64,000 nt of DNA from Octopus sinensis (GCF_006345805.1 NC_042998.1:206274001-206338000), one strand, 5' to 3'. Shown: positions 34,940-48,270, numbered from the stretch's first letter. The notes: generated by a model not told the origin, from the letters alone. Made by a program: numbers and translations.

Positions 34940-36078
34940 CTTTATACACACAGATTCAGAAAACTTGCACTGCAGTTTCTCCAATCATATTCTAATTTGA
35001 AGTGGTGTGCAAGAGATATTTCTCTAAGTTTTGTTTATATAAGCCATCCTGCTTATGTGTGTGTGTGTATGTGTGCGTGTATGTATGTACTGCAAATGCA
35101 TAATATGCACATGCCTTCAAAAGATTTCTGCCTCACCCCACCCTTCGGTTGTAGGGACTTAGATCAGGTATGCAGTTGAAGGCAACCAGTCTCTTGACAC
35201 ACCTTCTGATCTGCACCTCTCCACCTTCCCAAGGGTGTAGCCTTCCTGATTGTTAGGCAGCAGCAGAAAAGATTTCTCAGTGGGGGTCTGAAAACCTTTT
35301 TATACACACACACACATGGAGTAAGGAGATTTACTGACATGAAGTGAGATGAGGGATGCAAGAGAGAATGAGGAGGGAAGGGGCTATATGAGGATTTGAT
35401 ATAAACTAAATGATGCAGGTGGGGAGATTATTATACATCCTCATCTTGATCAATGCCATTATCATTTTTACATCTATATCATTGCCAGGGCCGCTGACTG
35501 GCTCCCATGCCGGTGGTATGTAAAGATGATGCACCATTCGAGTGTGGCCGTTGCCAGTGCCACCGGACTGGCTCGTGTGCAGGTGGCATGTAAAAAGCAC
35601 CATTTGAGCGTGGCTGATGCCAGTACTGCCTGACTGACCCTCATGCCAGTGGCACCTACAAGCACCCACTACACTCTTGGGAGTGGTTGGTGTTAGGAAG
35701 GGCATCTATCTGTAGATTGGAGCCTGGTGCAGTGTTCTGGCTCGCCAGCCCTCAGCCAAACCGTCCAACCCATACCAGCATGGAAAGCGGATGTTAAACG
35801 ATGATGATCGTGTCAATGCTTGAATGGGGGTTGACTGGGTCCTTTCCTCCACAATACTTTGTGACCAATCATCTCCTTCAGTCCCTTGAGATCAGTCCTC
35901 ACCACTTAACCCTTTAGCATTCAGATTACTTTTCTAAGTCTGGTATTTTCAGTTCCTTTTGCAATGGCAGGAAACAAACATACATAGCTGTGTGTGTATA
36001 TGTCAGTGTGTATGTATATATATATATATATATATACATATATATATACATATATATATATACAAATATATATATATA

Positions 36079-36307
36079 AGGCGAGCTGGCAGAAACGTTA
36101 GCATGCCGGGCGAAATGCGTAGCCGTATTTCGTCTGTCATTACGTTCTGAGTTCAAATTCCGCCGAGGTTGACTTTGCCTTTCATCCTTTCAGGGTCGAT
36201 AAATTAAGTACCAGTTACGCACTGGGGTCGATTTAATCGACTAAATCCCTTTGTCTATCCTTGTTTGTCCTCTCTGTGTTTAGCCCCTTGTGGGTAGTAG
36301 AGAAATA
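36079..36307 (+). mobile_element. tRNA-derived SINE family B (central domain resembles the MetaSINE-type core), full length
   Basis: GGCGAGCTGGCAGAAACG head, B-box GAGTTCAAATTCC, core GACTTTGCCTTTCATCCTTTCAGGGTCGATAAATTAAGTACCAG. Confidence 0.85.
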
Positions 36308-37266
36308 TATATACATACACACACATATGTATGATGGGCTTCTTTCAACATTCAAATGCGTTGCTTATTTATCCACACTGTTTTGAATTAAGCATGCATC
36401 ATCTTGTAGCTTTGAGATTTCGATGATGTGACTGCTAATTTTAATAACGACCCTGTAGGATAAGTATGAGAGGCCTGATCTGGTCAGGTTGAACATAAAA
36501 CAGAGAGAATATTTTGGCCTGATATGGTTGGTTTGAATACTAATGGTTTAATCTCCATCATCATCATCGTTTAACGTCCGCTTTCCATGCTATAGAACTG
36601 AAATATCATACAATCCACCCTTAACTCTGACATGGACACCCTTTGTTACCTGTAGAAGCTATAGAATAACTCCCTAAACATTTTGCACCCTTTTTTAAAC
36701 TCCAGGTACAAAACTATCAACTGTCTGAGTTTTTTTTTAACAAATCGAAATCGAATTGAACCAGCCAGGATCCCTGGTCTGGTGGTACGTAAAAAGCACT
36801 ATCCGACTCGTGGCCGATGCCAGCGCCGCCTCGACTGGCTTCCGTGCTGGTGGCACATAAAATACACCAATCCGACCATGGCCGTTGCCAGCCTCGCCTG
36901 GCACCTGTGCAGGTGGCACGTAAAAAGCACCCACTACACTCACGGAGTGGTTGGCGTTAGGAAGGGCATCTAGCTGTAGAAACATTGCCAGATAAGACTG
37001 GAGCCTGGTGCAGCCTTCTGGCTTCTCATATCCCCGGTCGAACCGTCCAACCCATGCTAGCATGGAGAACGGACGTTAAACGATGATGATGATGATTTGA
37101 AAGAAATTATCTTGTATGTACTCTTACTACTGACTGCATCTCCTACATTTGATGTCTACCTTCCCTGTTGCTGCCTCTGTGTGTACGTGTAGTGACAGAA
37201 GCACTAATAATACCAAAAGGTAATATTTATCTCCCACTTAAAAGTTTATGTTGTGTTAGAACACAG

Positions 37267-37442
37267 AATACTGCATTATTTACCACGAGAGAACCTCTCA
37301 TATGGACTCGTGGTGCATATAAGCACTTGTGTTGATATTGCTGATGGGGCAATAATTGTCTGCCATGGCTGAGATAAACACAGTGTTCATATACACTACA
37401 AGTCCATATGAGAGGTTCTCTCATGGTAAATATCGCAGTATT
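37267..37442. mobile_element. Short fold-back element (MITE-like), arms ~40-70 bp
   Basis: AATACTGC..TATTTACCACGAGAGAACCTCTCATATGGACT versus AGTCCATATGAGAGGTTCTCTCATGGTAAATATCGCAGTATT. Confidence 0.75.
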
Positions 37443-37467
37443 GCATGGGATCTTTTCACTTTGACTA

Positions 37468-38151
37468 GCAGATTTTTAAAATAATTTCTATGTAGCTAAA
37501 AGATTTTTAACTTCGTATACTGGTAGAATGTGTTTATAAAACATCTTTTTCTCTTGGCTTTCTTGAGAAAATTCTGTAGTTTGTAACATATTTGTTGTTT
37601 AATTTCTTGCATTTCGGCAATTTCAACCAATCAATGACGTCTATTGAGGTAAAAACGATTTCTGTCGTAACATTTTGTGGCGGCGTCATATGAAAATGTC
37701 CCTGTTACATATTATATATTCGTTTAAGAAACAGATTGGGTTTATTTACATTTCTAAAGAAAAAAAGATACCCTTCCCCCTACCCTTAACCCTAAAACAG
37801 ATTGAAATGCAATAGATCGATACTAGGGTCATAATTATGGGTGGACACTAAAGAAGGAACGGTTTTGTTATTCAGCTGTGTTTACGAGTGACTCCCTCAG
37901 TTTATGGCCACAGGGTATCTTTTTTCTCATAAAAAAACAGGGACATTTTCATATGACGCCACCAGAAAATGTTACGGCAGAAATCGTTTTCACCTCAATA
38001 GACGTCATTGATTGGTTGAAATTGCCGAAATGCAAGAAATTAAACAATTTTCTCAAGAAAGCCAAGAGAAAAAGATGTTTTATAAACACATTCTACCAGT
38101 ATATGAAGTTTAAAAGTTTTTAGTTACATAGAAATTATCTTAAAAATCTGC
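37468..38151. mobile_element. Long-TIR fold-back/MITE element, arms 37468-37706 and 37936-38151
   Basis: The arms are near-perfect reverse complements (e.g. TTTCAACCAATCAATGACGTCTATTGAGG / CCTCAATAGACGTCATTGATTGGTTGAAA); spacer ~230 bp. Confidence 0.82.
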
Positions 38152-39457
38152 CACTCAAAGTGCAAAAAATTCATTGCATGTTCTAAAACAACATAAACTT
38201 TTATATATTACCTTATAGGTGTAAGTGCTTGACGTGTCATCATGTAATGCCTGACCATGAGGAAGTATTACTTTGCTTTGAAACGGGTGAGGTTTGGCAA
38301 CAGAAAGGGCATCCGGCCATACAAAATTCACCTCAATAAACTTTATCAGAGCCATGCAAGCATGGAGAAGTAGACATTAAAACGATGATAATTAGTTTTC
38401 TAAAAAGTTGCTTTGTACAGTAGTGTTTGCATAAGAAGGATAACGATTATTGATGTCTGCTGGTTGGCTGGTCACAACATGTTGAAGTGGAAGAGGAGGA
38501 AAGGATCTGCGAAGGACAGTGGAGTGAGTGGTTAGTGTATATGTAGAGAGAGAGAGGGGGGGAGGGCAGCCGAATGTTTGTGGTTTATGGATCTAATAAC
38601 CCGACTAGGGGGGGGGGTGAGGACAAATTTTGTGTTTGTGAACGAAGGGAAAAAAATTGAAGAGATGCTAAAGCTGATGCTTTATCATCATCATAATTTA
38701 ACATTGGTGTTCCTTGCTGGCGTGGACTGGACAGTTTGATGGGGAGCTGCCACACAAATGTAGAACACTGAGTAGACAACTAAGCCATTATATTAAGGAG
38801 GAATTCTTAAGATTTTTGAGTTAATGACTAAATATTCAATTATACAAACAAATAAGGTTAACACACTTAAGTAACTGACTATTTAAATCAGGAATTTGGT
38901 TCTTATTAATTATTGAACCATTGCCTTGACTGTGGGATGCAAGAATGGCCATTGGATGCAAGCATGGCTGTGGGGTGCAAGAATGGCCATGCGGTGCAAG
39001 AATGGCTGAGGGTTGAAGTAGTTTAATTGCCACTGACATGGTCTTGGGTTCTGCTCTATCATATTGCACCTTGGCCAAGTGTCTTCTGCAGCCCTGAGCT
39101 GACCAAAGCCTTTTGAGTCGGTTTCATCGACAGAAACTGAAAGAAGCCTGTGTGTGTGTGTCTCAACAACACTTGATGGTTTTGAGTATCACCATCATAC
39201 AAGCAGTGTCATTTGCTGCCCAACGGCCATAGAAAATCTGTCTCAGCAAATTCTGTCTGCCCATGCAAGCACGGAAAAGATGATAATAAAACATTCATCA
39301 TGTTTCCATGTGCTGAATCAGTGTTGAACCTGATGGACATTTTGTTTATTGGAGACATAAACAGTGCCAAATGTTGTCAAGCAAATATGCAAGGCTACAC
39401 ACACACACACACACTTCATGTGTGTGTGTGTGTTTACTAGAAATTATATTCTTTATC

Positions 39458-39917
39458 GTGAAGTATATTTGCCACCTAAATGTGGCTAACCCTTAAGGGT
39501 CGATGCTACTGTAGCTTGTAGCCACAGGAAGCCACCTCCTCCAGCTGGCTATTGACACACTATCTGTGCCCTGTCAGTATTTGCAAAGATGAAGTCATCC
39601 TTCCCATCTCCAGCCTAACGTGATACACGTGAACCTGGGTTTCTGGGTATTGATCCGCCATCAGCGTGTGACAATCACCGGTTGGCGATGGGAAGTGGTT
39701 CTCAATGCAAATATATATCCTTTTTCCAGTGACGAAAAGTCACTGATCTCGAAAAGTGGAAACAAGCAATAATAAATCACTGAGCGAGGTATAAACAGTA
39801 GCTGCACGACATTGTGAAGTATATTTGCCACTTAAATGTGGCTAACCCTTAAGGGTTGATGCTACTGTAGCTTGTAGCCCCAGGAAGACATCTTCTCCAG
39901 CTGGCTATTGAAACACT
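39458..39917. repeat. 1.3-mer partial tandem: 356-bp monomer plus a ~104-bp repeat of its start
   Basis: GTGAAGTATATTTGCCAC.TAAATGTGGCTAACCCTTAAGGG... occurs at 39458 and at 39814. Confidence 0.85.
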
Positions 39918-40037
39918 TTCAGACAAGTCTTTTTTTCTTTTACACAAGTATCATAATTAAATTTAAATTCCTCTTTAATTGCATACTTTTTAAAATTAAT
40001 TGTTTCAAATTTCCCCACAAAGCAGTGGGGGGGGGAA

Positions 40038-40194
40038 GTGTCGATTACATTGACCCCAGTGTTTAACTGGTACTTAATTTATCGACCCCCAAAAAATGAA
40101 AGACAAATTCTGCCCAGGTTGACTTTGTCTTTCATTCTTTCAGGATCGATAAATTAAGTACCAGTTGAACACTGGGGGATGATGTAATCGACAC
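40038..40194. repeat. Inverted pair of SINE family B core fragments (~70-bp arms, ~16-nt loop)
   Basis: 40038-40107 is the reverse complement of 40124-40194 with few mismatches. Confidence 0.82.
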
Positions 40195-40247
40195 ATCCCC
40201 TCCCCACAAAAATGGCTGCACCTGTGGCAAAATTTGAAACCATTATA

Positions 40248-40470
40248 TCTCTCTATATAAAGCTGAAATTGTGTGTGGCAGGTTTGGAAGCCTACAACTA
40301 ACACTATCTCCTCCGAGACCCTGCGGCGCAAGTTGACCAAAATTGAGAGTATGATAAAAGAAGGCTTGCTCTTCCTTCCGTAGAAGATAAAATTCAAATC
40401 GGACCATGTTAACACCGAAATTATTTACATCAAAAAGGTGCTTTTTTTCTAAGAAAATCCCTATTTTTTA
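40248..40470 (+). mobile_element. Probable Helitron 5' fragment
   Basis: A^TCTCTCTATATAAAGCTG start resembles the Helitron 5' ends in the array; no CTAG terminus found. Confidence 0.45.
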
Positions 40471-40574
40471 CATAGTAGTAGGTGCTTTTTATGTGCCACT
40501 GGCACAAGAGCCAGTCAGGTGGCTCTGGCATTGATCATGTTCGGATAGTGCGTTATACATACCTATTTCAATAC

Positions 40575-40978
40575 TACCCACAAGAGGCTAAACACAGAAG
40601 AGACAAACAAGGACAGACAAACGGATTAAGTCGGTTATATCGACCCCAGTGCGTAAGTGGTACTTATTTAATCAACCCCGAAAAGATGACGGGCAAAGTC
40701 GACCTCGGCGGAATTTGAACTCAGAACGTAACGGCAGACAAAATACATATTTCTCTACTACCCACAAGGGGCTAAACACAGAGGAGACGAACAAGGACAG
40801 ACAAACGGATTAAGTCGGTTATATCGACCCCAGTGCGTAACTGGTACTTATTTAATCGACCCCGAAAGGATGACAGGCAAAGTCGACCTCGGCGGAATTT
40901 GAACTCAGAACGTAACGGCAGACGACATACGGCTACGCATTTCGCTCGGTGTGCTAACGTTTCTGCCAGCTCGCCGCC
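40575..40978 (-). mobile_element. Two tandem SINE family B copies
   Basis: 40575-40745 and 40753-40978 both carry the family B core; the second keeps the head. Confidence 0.82.
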
Positions 40979-42110
40979 ATACATACATACATACATACAT
41001 GTGTTATACATACCACCAGCATGGGAGCCAGTTGCGGGGCACTGGCATTGGCCATGTTCGGATGGTGCTTTTTACATGCTTCTGGCACAGGAACCAGTTG
41101 GGGCCGGAGGGCTGGCATCAACCACATTTGGACGGTGCTTTTTATGTGCCACCAGCACGGCGAGCTATTTAGGCGACACTGGCAACAACCCACACATGAA
41201 TGGTGCTTATTGTGTGCCACCAGCATGGGAGCCAGCCAGGCAACACTGGCATCGGCCACAACTACAATTTCCATATGATTGTGATTTCTGTATATTCTAA
41301 GTTGAGTCTATGCCATCGGTTGACATTGCCTTTTAACCTGTTGGGACCAATAAAACTGTGTGAAAGGGCTCAATGTCAAATCCAGGTGGTTTTACCTTTT
41401 CCTAATTAGCAATTAGCTCTGTGACTAAGGTGAACTAGGAGAATCATTACCACACGAGTCAAAATGGTTCATGGCATTTTATTCGTTTTTACATTCTGAG
41501 TTTGAATTCTACCAAAGTTGATTCTGCCTTTCATCTTGGGGTTGGGGTGTGGGGTTTCAATAAAATAAGTACCAGCAGAACATGGGGGGGGGGGCAACAA
41601 CTTCCCATCCACACAACCACACACACACACACACTTGTATATCAAGCATCTCTGCTAGATTATTTCCAAAAATGTGAGGAATTCTATATTATCACTAGGC
41701 TATTTCCTCCAATCTAGACTGACCAGAAGAAAAAGAATGAAATATCATCATCATCATCGTTTAACGTCCATTGGCATGGGTTGGACGGTTTGACCGGGGT
41801 CTGGGAAGCCAGGAGGCTGCACCAGGCTCCAGTCTGATCTGGCAATGTTTCTACAGCTGGATGCCCTTCCTAACGCCAACCACTCCTTGAGTGTAGTGGG
41901 TGCTTTTAGACGTGCCACCGGCACAGGTGCCAGACAAGGCTGGCAAACGGCCACGATCGGAGGGTGCTTTTTACGTGCCACTGGCACAGGGCCAGACGAA
42001 GCTGGCAACGGCCACAATCAGATGGTGCATTTTTATAAAAATAAATAAATAGAGTGAAGGAAAAAAAGAAAGTAAATAGAACAAGGCAAAATTTTAAGAA
42101 TAAAACTCAC

Positions 42111-42239
42111 TTTTTCTTGCCAGTTGGTTGTACAGCGTTGGCAAGTAAAGTCTTATATTCATCAGAACGAAGGAATCGTGCATAGCTGTCCTTCTTCATG
42201 AGAGTATAGATATGACTTTGTGCAGGGTCGAATGTATAT
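42111..42239 (-). CDS. R7-family RGS (RGS9/11-like), RGS-domain C-terminal exon: (R)[42 protein letters not shown]
   Basis: Acceptor TTTTATCTTGCAG, donor GTGAGT, phase 2-2. [17 protein letters not shown] matches the RGS9/11 motif [17 protein letters not shown]. Confidence 0.93.
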
Positions 42240-45200
42240 CTGCAAGATAAAAAACAAAAGGACATCACTATTGTTAGAGCGTTCTTCTTTCTACAAACAC
42301 ACAAACTTGTCCAATCAACATGACTGTCACTATAAACGACAAAAAGCATCACCACCACCATCATCGTTGTCATTTTGCATCAGTCACGGGTAGTTGCTTG
42401 CTGCTGGTGAATGAAAATGTATTTCTAGGGCTGCATGTAGAAGTAATTAACACTCATCATCATCATTGTTTAACATCCGTTCTCCATGCTAGCGTGGGTT
42501 GGATGGTTCGACTGGGGTCTAGAAAGCCAGGAGGCTGCACCAGGCACCAGTCTGATCTGATCTGACAATGTTTTTACAGCTGGATGCCCTTCCTAATGCC
42601 AACCACTCCGAGAGTGTAGTGGGTGCTTTTTACTTGCCACCGGCACAGGGGCCAGAGGGAGCTGGCATCAACCACAATCAGATGGTGCTTTTTATGTGCC
42701 ACTGGCATGGGAGCCAGTCAAGGCGGTGCTGGCACCGGTCATGTTCAGATGGTGACTTTTATGTGTCAACGGCATAGAAGCCAGTCAGAGCGAGGGAGCT
42801 GACATCGACTATGTTCAGCTGGTGCTTTTTACATGCCACCTGCACGGGGACCACAACTACAATTTCCATTTGATTGTGATTTGATTTTGAAGTTGAAGTA
42901 CTTGACTCAATAGGTCTCCTCAAGCACGGCATGTCGCCCTATGATCCAAGGGTACTTTACGAGTTGGCTGGTTATGCGACACTGGTGTAGGTTACAGATG
43001 TGATCTCACTTTATTTGCCAGGTGCAGAATATTTATTTACTGCACATAATATCTCCCATGTTGGTCCTTTCACAAAAACAGCGACAATTACACATGGGGA
43101 GAGACATACCACTGGGATGTACAGTGATTCAACTGATACAGCAATCTGTGGTTGGCCCCTCTCAACTGGAAAATAAACTCACTAAATTTGCGGTGACAAA
43201 ATCTCTGTCTTCTATGGTGAATGAGAATGGAAATGTTGAGCAGCTGCCTCACCTTCTGCGATTGCCACCAAGAACCACTTTTATTTAAGGCTCAATGAGA
43301 AAGTTCTAGAAAGTTGAATCACACAATGGCTTGACACTGGTCAGTTAATCTGCTGATCATATGAAACAAAAGTGGTCTCATTGTGGTGTCTGCTCAGCTA
43401 TCTAGTAATCTGGTTTCAAATTCATTTCGCATCCATGCTCACACTGACAATGGTTTGGATGGGTTGTCATGGTTGGAGTCAGCATATTGATGGCATTGCT
43501 CACCTAGAAGGGTCAGAGATCCACATCTTGTATATTTTTAATGTTTGGCTTGGTGTCTAAGGCTGAATGTCCTTCCTAACACCAGCCATTTCACAGAGTG
43601 TATTGGGACCTTTGTTTTTGTTTGTGGCACCAGCACTGACGGAGGTAACATCTTTGACAAAACTAAAGGGATCTCATGATCCTATATAATAAAAACAGTT
43701 TTACATTAATCCAATGTCTTACTCTATATCTTTGAAGAGTACAAATTTGTTATTTTTTAACAAGAATATTATCAACAGTGACTTAGAAGTTTTGGCTGGC
43801 TAAGCCATCATCAGACAATCCAATGATGGCTTAGCTGCCTGAAACTACAAAGTCATTACCAATACTATTCTTGTGTGTGTGTGTGTGTTTAAGATCGATC
43901 TTGAGGTCACAAAATGCATATGTATACGTGTGTTGAGAGAGAGAGGGAAAGCACGAATGATAAAATGGTTAAGCAGTTTTCAATCATGGGTTGTTTTGCT
44001 CAATCTCCCTTCACAAACGTTTAGAAAATGGTATTCTCTCCCCCTCTCTCTCTTAGTGTAGCTGTGTGGTAAGAAGATTGTGTCCCACTGCATGGCACCT
44101 TAGGCGAGTATCTTCTATAACTTTGGGCTGACCAAAGCCTTGTGAATGCATTTGATAGATTAAAACTGAAAGAAGTTTGTCATGTATGTATACACACACA
44201 CACACACTCACACACATATATCTTTATATACACTGCTTTATCTCATTCTGTCTAACATATATGTGCATCTGTCTTTTACCCCCCACTTGACAACCAATGT
44301 CAGTGTGTTTATGTCCCCGTGACTTAGTGGTTCAGCAAAAGAGAACCAATAGAATAAGTACCAGGCTTAAATTAAAAATAATAAATTAGAGACAAATATT
44401 CTTGCTAAACACGTCTGTCAGTTCCATCACCTTTTTCTAAAGAAGTTTGGTTTTCCTGGTAACCAACGAGGTAACTATGTCTTTAATGAGATTCTTAAGT
44501 TTGGGTTTGTGTGCGACTGTGTGTGTGATTCTGGTGGGAATTTTAGAGCTTGTGAGGGGCCAGCTGTTTGTAAAGGTTCTCGTTCTCTTAGTCATCTTCT
44601 GGGCAATCTATCACCTTTATAAAATTTAAGGTAGTCATGGCAGAATTGCATGAATTACCGGGCTGTCCTCCTTCTCCTCCAGTGTGTGTGTGTGCTTCAT
44701 TGCATGTTTTGTGTGGGGTCACTGAAAAAGGCACTTGAAACTGTGTACACCCACTGACTGCATGACTGAACAAAGTCTACTGACATTATTTCAGCTTCAT
44801 GGCTAAGTGATTCACAGTAGGAAGCCCCCCCCCCCCCCGCAGCTGTTGGAAGCAATATATTTCTTCCAACAACTAACCAACTCATTCATGGAAACACACA
44901 CACACACATGCATGAGTGTCCATCTTGATCCCTTATCTTGTTTGTCATTGGACTGCGGCCATGCTGGAGCACCACCGTAAAGGGTTTAATCTAACAGTCA
45001 TCATGTGACGTCAAGACAAGAGTCAATACACATATGCCCAACACCTTTTAGGTTTTACCTGTTTCAGCCATTATACTTTGGCCATGCTACAGCACTGCAT
45101 TGAAGAATTTTAATTGAGTGAATCGACCCCAGTGCTTATTTTTTTTTAAAAGTCTATTGGTTTCTTTTGCCAAACCATTAAGTTATGGAGACATAAACAA

Positions 45201-45980
45201 ACCAACACTGGTTGTCAAACAATGGTGCAGGAAAATTACAGACAGAGACATACATACACACACACATGCTTCTTTCAGTTTCTGCCTACCAGTTGAAGAC
45301 ACTTGCCCAAGGTGCCATGTAGTGGGACTGAACCTGGAACCATGTGGTTGGGAAGCAAACTTCTCGTTACACAGCCACGCCTGTGCCTATAACAAGCCTC
45401 TTTCAGTTTCCATCCACAAAATCTGCTTACAAGCTTTTGGTCAATCTGGGTCTTTAGAAGACACTTGCCCAAGGTACTACTGTGCAGTGGGTGTGAACCC
45501 AAGACCATATGGCTGGAAGCAAGCTTCTTAATCACAGGGCCATGTCTGTGCTTACAAGCCATACCTGCATCTACACTGTTTATGCTAATTAGGTGGTTGT
45601 GTAGTAGGAATTTTGCTTCCCAACCATATGGTCCTGGGTTCACTCTCAACATGTGCCACCTTAGGCAAGTGTTTTCTACTATAGACTTGTGAGTGTATTT
45701 GGTAGGCAGAAACTGAAAGAAGCCTGTTGTTATATATGTGAGTGTGTCTTTGTCCCCCCCCCACCTGCTTGATAACCGGTGTTGGTGTGTTTGCATCCCC
45801 ATAACATAGCAGTTTCGGAAAAGAGACTGACAATAAGTACCAGGCTTTACAAAAAAAAAAACAAAAAAAAAACAAAAAAAAACTGGGGCTGACTTATCAA
45901 ATTGAAAATTCTTCAAGGTGGTGCCCCAGCATGGCTGTATTCTAATGAATGAAACAAAAGATATAAGATATAAAACTCAC

Positions 45981-46274
45981 CTGGATAGTTTCTTCTTGAG
46001 GTTTGTTTGTACTTCCTCCATTGTCTTACAATCAATGTTTATCTCACAGCGAGCACCACGTGCCAGAAAGTCTTCATAGATTTTCTCGACCTTACTTGCC
46101 ACTTGAGACTGTGCACAGGATTTGAGGGCTTTGCAGGCCAGCCAGAAGTGGATGTTTTCATGGCTAAACTCTTTCCTGAGAAACGATTCAAAGCAGACGA
46201 GTCCAGCTCTGTCCGAGAGTAATTCATGTAAGCCAAAGCTCCACATCTTAACCCGTTTTTCAGTTGGTTGATCA
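45981..46274 (-). CDS. R7-family RGS, main RGS-domain exon: DQPTEKRVKMWSFGLHELLSDRAGLVCFESFLRKEFSHENIHFWLAC...EINIDCKTMEEVQTNLKKKLS(R)
   Basis: Acceptor TTGTTGCTCTAG, donor GTGAGT, 294 nt, phase 2-2, in frame with both neighbours. RGS motifs EFS.EN..FW and INID are present. Confidence 0.94.
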
Positions 46275-46902
46275 CTAGAGCAACAAAAACAAAAAAACAA
46301 ACAAACAAGTTATATATGGTGTGCCCTGGTGGCCAGTAATTTGCAAGGGAGATAATCATTTCTGGATAAATCTCAGCAGAATAAGAAATTTGAATTTTAA
46401 ATGAAAGACCAGGGAAGAAGGTCCAGAGAACCAATAATGATGATCTTGATAGACTTTTATTTATCACAATCTAATTACAAGGAAACAAAGAAAAGAAAAA
46501 AACACGGTGTTGGGGGTGGGGAATTAAGCAGTAGAAGATGAAGTAGGAGGAAGTAATGGGCTGCACACCACAGAATAAATGGTATGTTCAACCATGCTTC
46601 ATGGTTCCACAAACTGCAATGAAATTGCCATCGCATGGCCAGTTACACTCACTGCAATAGCCCCTCCATAGAATATATGTATTATGAAGATCTTAAAATT
46701 TCTAGTTTCTCTAGCTGGATGCCCTTCCTAACACCAAACACTCCAAGAGTGTAGTGGGTGCTTTTTATGTGCCACCGGCACAAGAGCCAGTCAGGTGGCC
46801 CTGGCATTGATCACATTCAGATAGTGTAATCATGTATAGCACCATGTCATCCTTATTAGAAATTGTCAGTATTAAGTAATTTAAGACAAATAAGTTAAAC
46901 TA

Positions 46903-47282
46903 AGGCGCAGGAGTGGCTGTGTGGTAAGTAGCTTGCTAACCAACCACATGGTTCCGGGTTCAGTCCCACTGCGTGGCATCTTGGGCAAGTGTCTTCTGCT
47001 ATAGTCCCGGGCCGACCAATGCCTTGTGAGTGGATTTGGTAGACGGAAACTGAAAGAAGCCTGTCGTATATATGTATGTTTGTGTGTCTGTGTTTGTCCC
47101 CCTAGCATTGCTTGACAACCGATGTTGGTGTGTTTACGTCCCCGTCACTTAGCGGTTCGGCATAAGAGACCGGTAGAATAAGTACTGGGCTTACAAAGAA
47201 TAAGTCCCGGGGTCGATTTGCTCGATTAAAGGCGGTGCTCCAGCATGGCCGCAGTCAAATGACTGAAACAAGTAAAAGAGTA
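46903..47282 (+). mobile_element. SINE family A, full length
   Basis: GGCGCAGGAGTGGCTGTGTGGTAAG...GGTTCAGTCCC...GACTGAAACAAGTAAAAGAGTA. Confidence 0.88.
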
Positions 47283-47643
47283 ATTCAGTAAAATATCTTT
47301 GTTGTTATTAACCTGGTGTTTGGAACATAAATTATCATAGAATTTTGAAGAACGGTTTTGATTTAGATCACTTAAACTGAAAGTTTATATCATTGAACCA
47401 AAAGCTGTTTTAAGCAGGTTCGTATTGTCATCTGTTTGTTGCATGAGTTGAACTGGTCAGTGAGGATGTAATTAGTTGGCTGTGTGAATAATAAACTGGA
47501 GCAACCCACAAACATTTGACTGCATCTTTATTGCTGGACATAAAGATATTTGGTGTTGGCCATTTACAATGAACAGCATAAAAGTTTGTTGACTGGGAGA
47601 GAGAGAGAGAGAGAGAAACTGTGCCACATCTCTAGAAGTTATT

Positions 47644-47653
47644 TAGGAGACAT

Positions 47654-47701
<48 letters not shown>

Positions 47702-48270
47702 TGTGTACAGTGCTCAGGTGCACTACAACTCATCTAAAGTGTATATATAATCAGGTGTAGTTTCGGCGGATTTCGGAAAGCATGAGGGCCTTAAAGGATG
47801 CAGTGTCATGGCAGTCAACAACTGACGCAGGCAGTTTATTCCATGCTTCAGCAACTCTGAGCGTGAAAAAAATGTTTCCGAAAGTCATGGGAGCTGTGTT
47901 GTTTTCTGACTTTGTAGGCATGTCCACGTGTGTTAGACACATGGAGATCAAAAAGGTGTTCAGTGTTGTTGTTGGTGAGGTGGTTGATAACTTTGTGGGT
48001 GTTTACCAAGTCCGTCGCCAGACGCCGGAGCTTCAGTGAATCCATGCCCAGGGAAACAAGGCGCTCAGAATATGGTAGGTGTCTGATGGAGGGTATGCGT
48101 TTGGTTGCACGTCTCTGGACAGATTCCAGGAATGTGAATGTTTAGGTTTAGTTCAGTCTGTCCAAGAACCTGGAGTTGTCTGTATAAATGTCCGGATCCA
48201 CCTGGTGGTAAGAGTGGTGGAGCATATTGCCCAGCCACCTTCAACACTCTGCGATTAATTGAGCAGCAAA
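47644..48270 (-). mobile_element. 5'-truncated CR1-clade LINE 3' end with (ATT)n tail
   Basis: Minus-strand frames give VQRRATKRIPSIRHLPYSERL..LGMDSLKLRRLATDL...TRGHAYK...RKHFF / LRVAEAWNKLP..VV. The (ATA)n run on + lies at 47655-47700. Confidence 0.87.

Noticed and set aside
38377-38506. Candidate RGS terminal exon (acceptor CCTTCGCAG, phase 2, SFPPLPLQHVV...)
   Set aside because: The frame and phase fit, but there is no recognisable homology, and equally plausible phase-2 acceptors exist near 41715-41725. Unresolved without cDNA.
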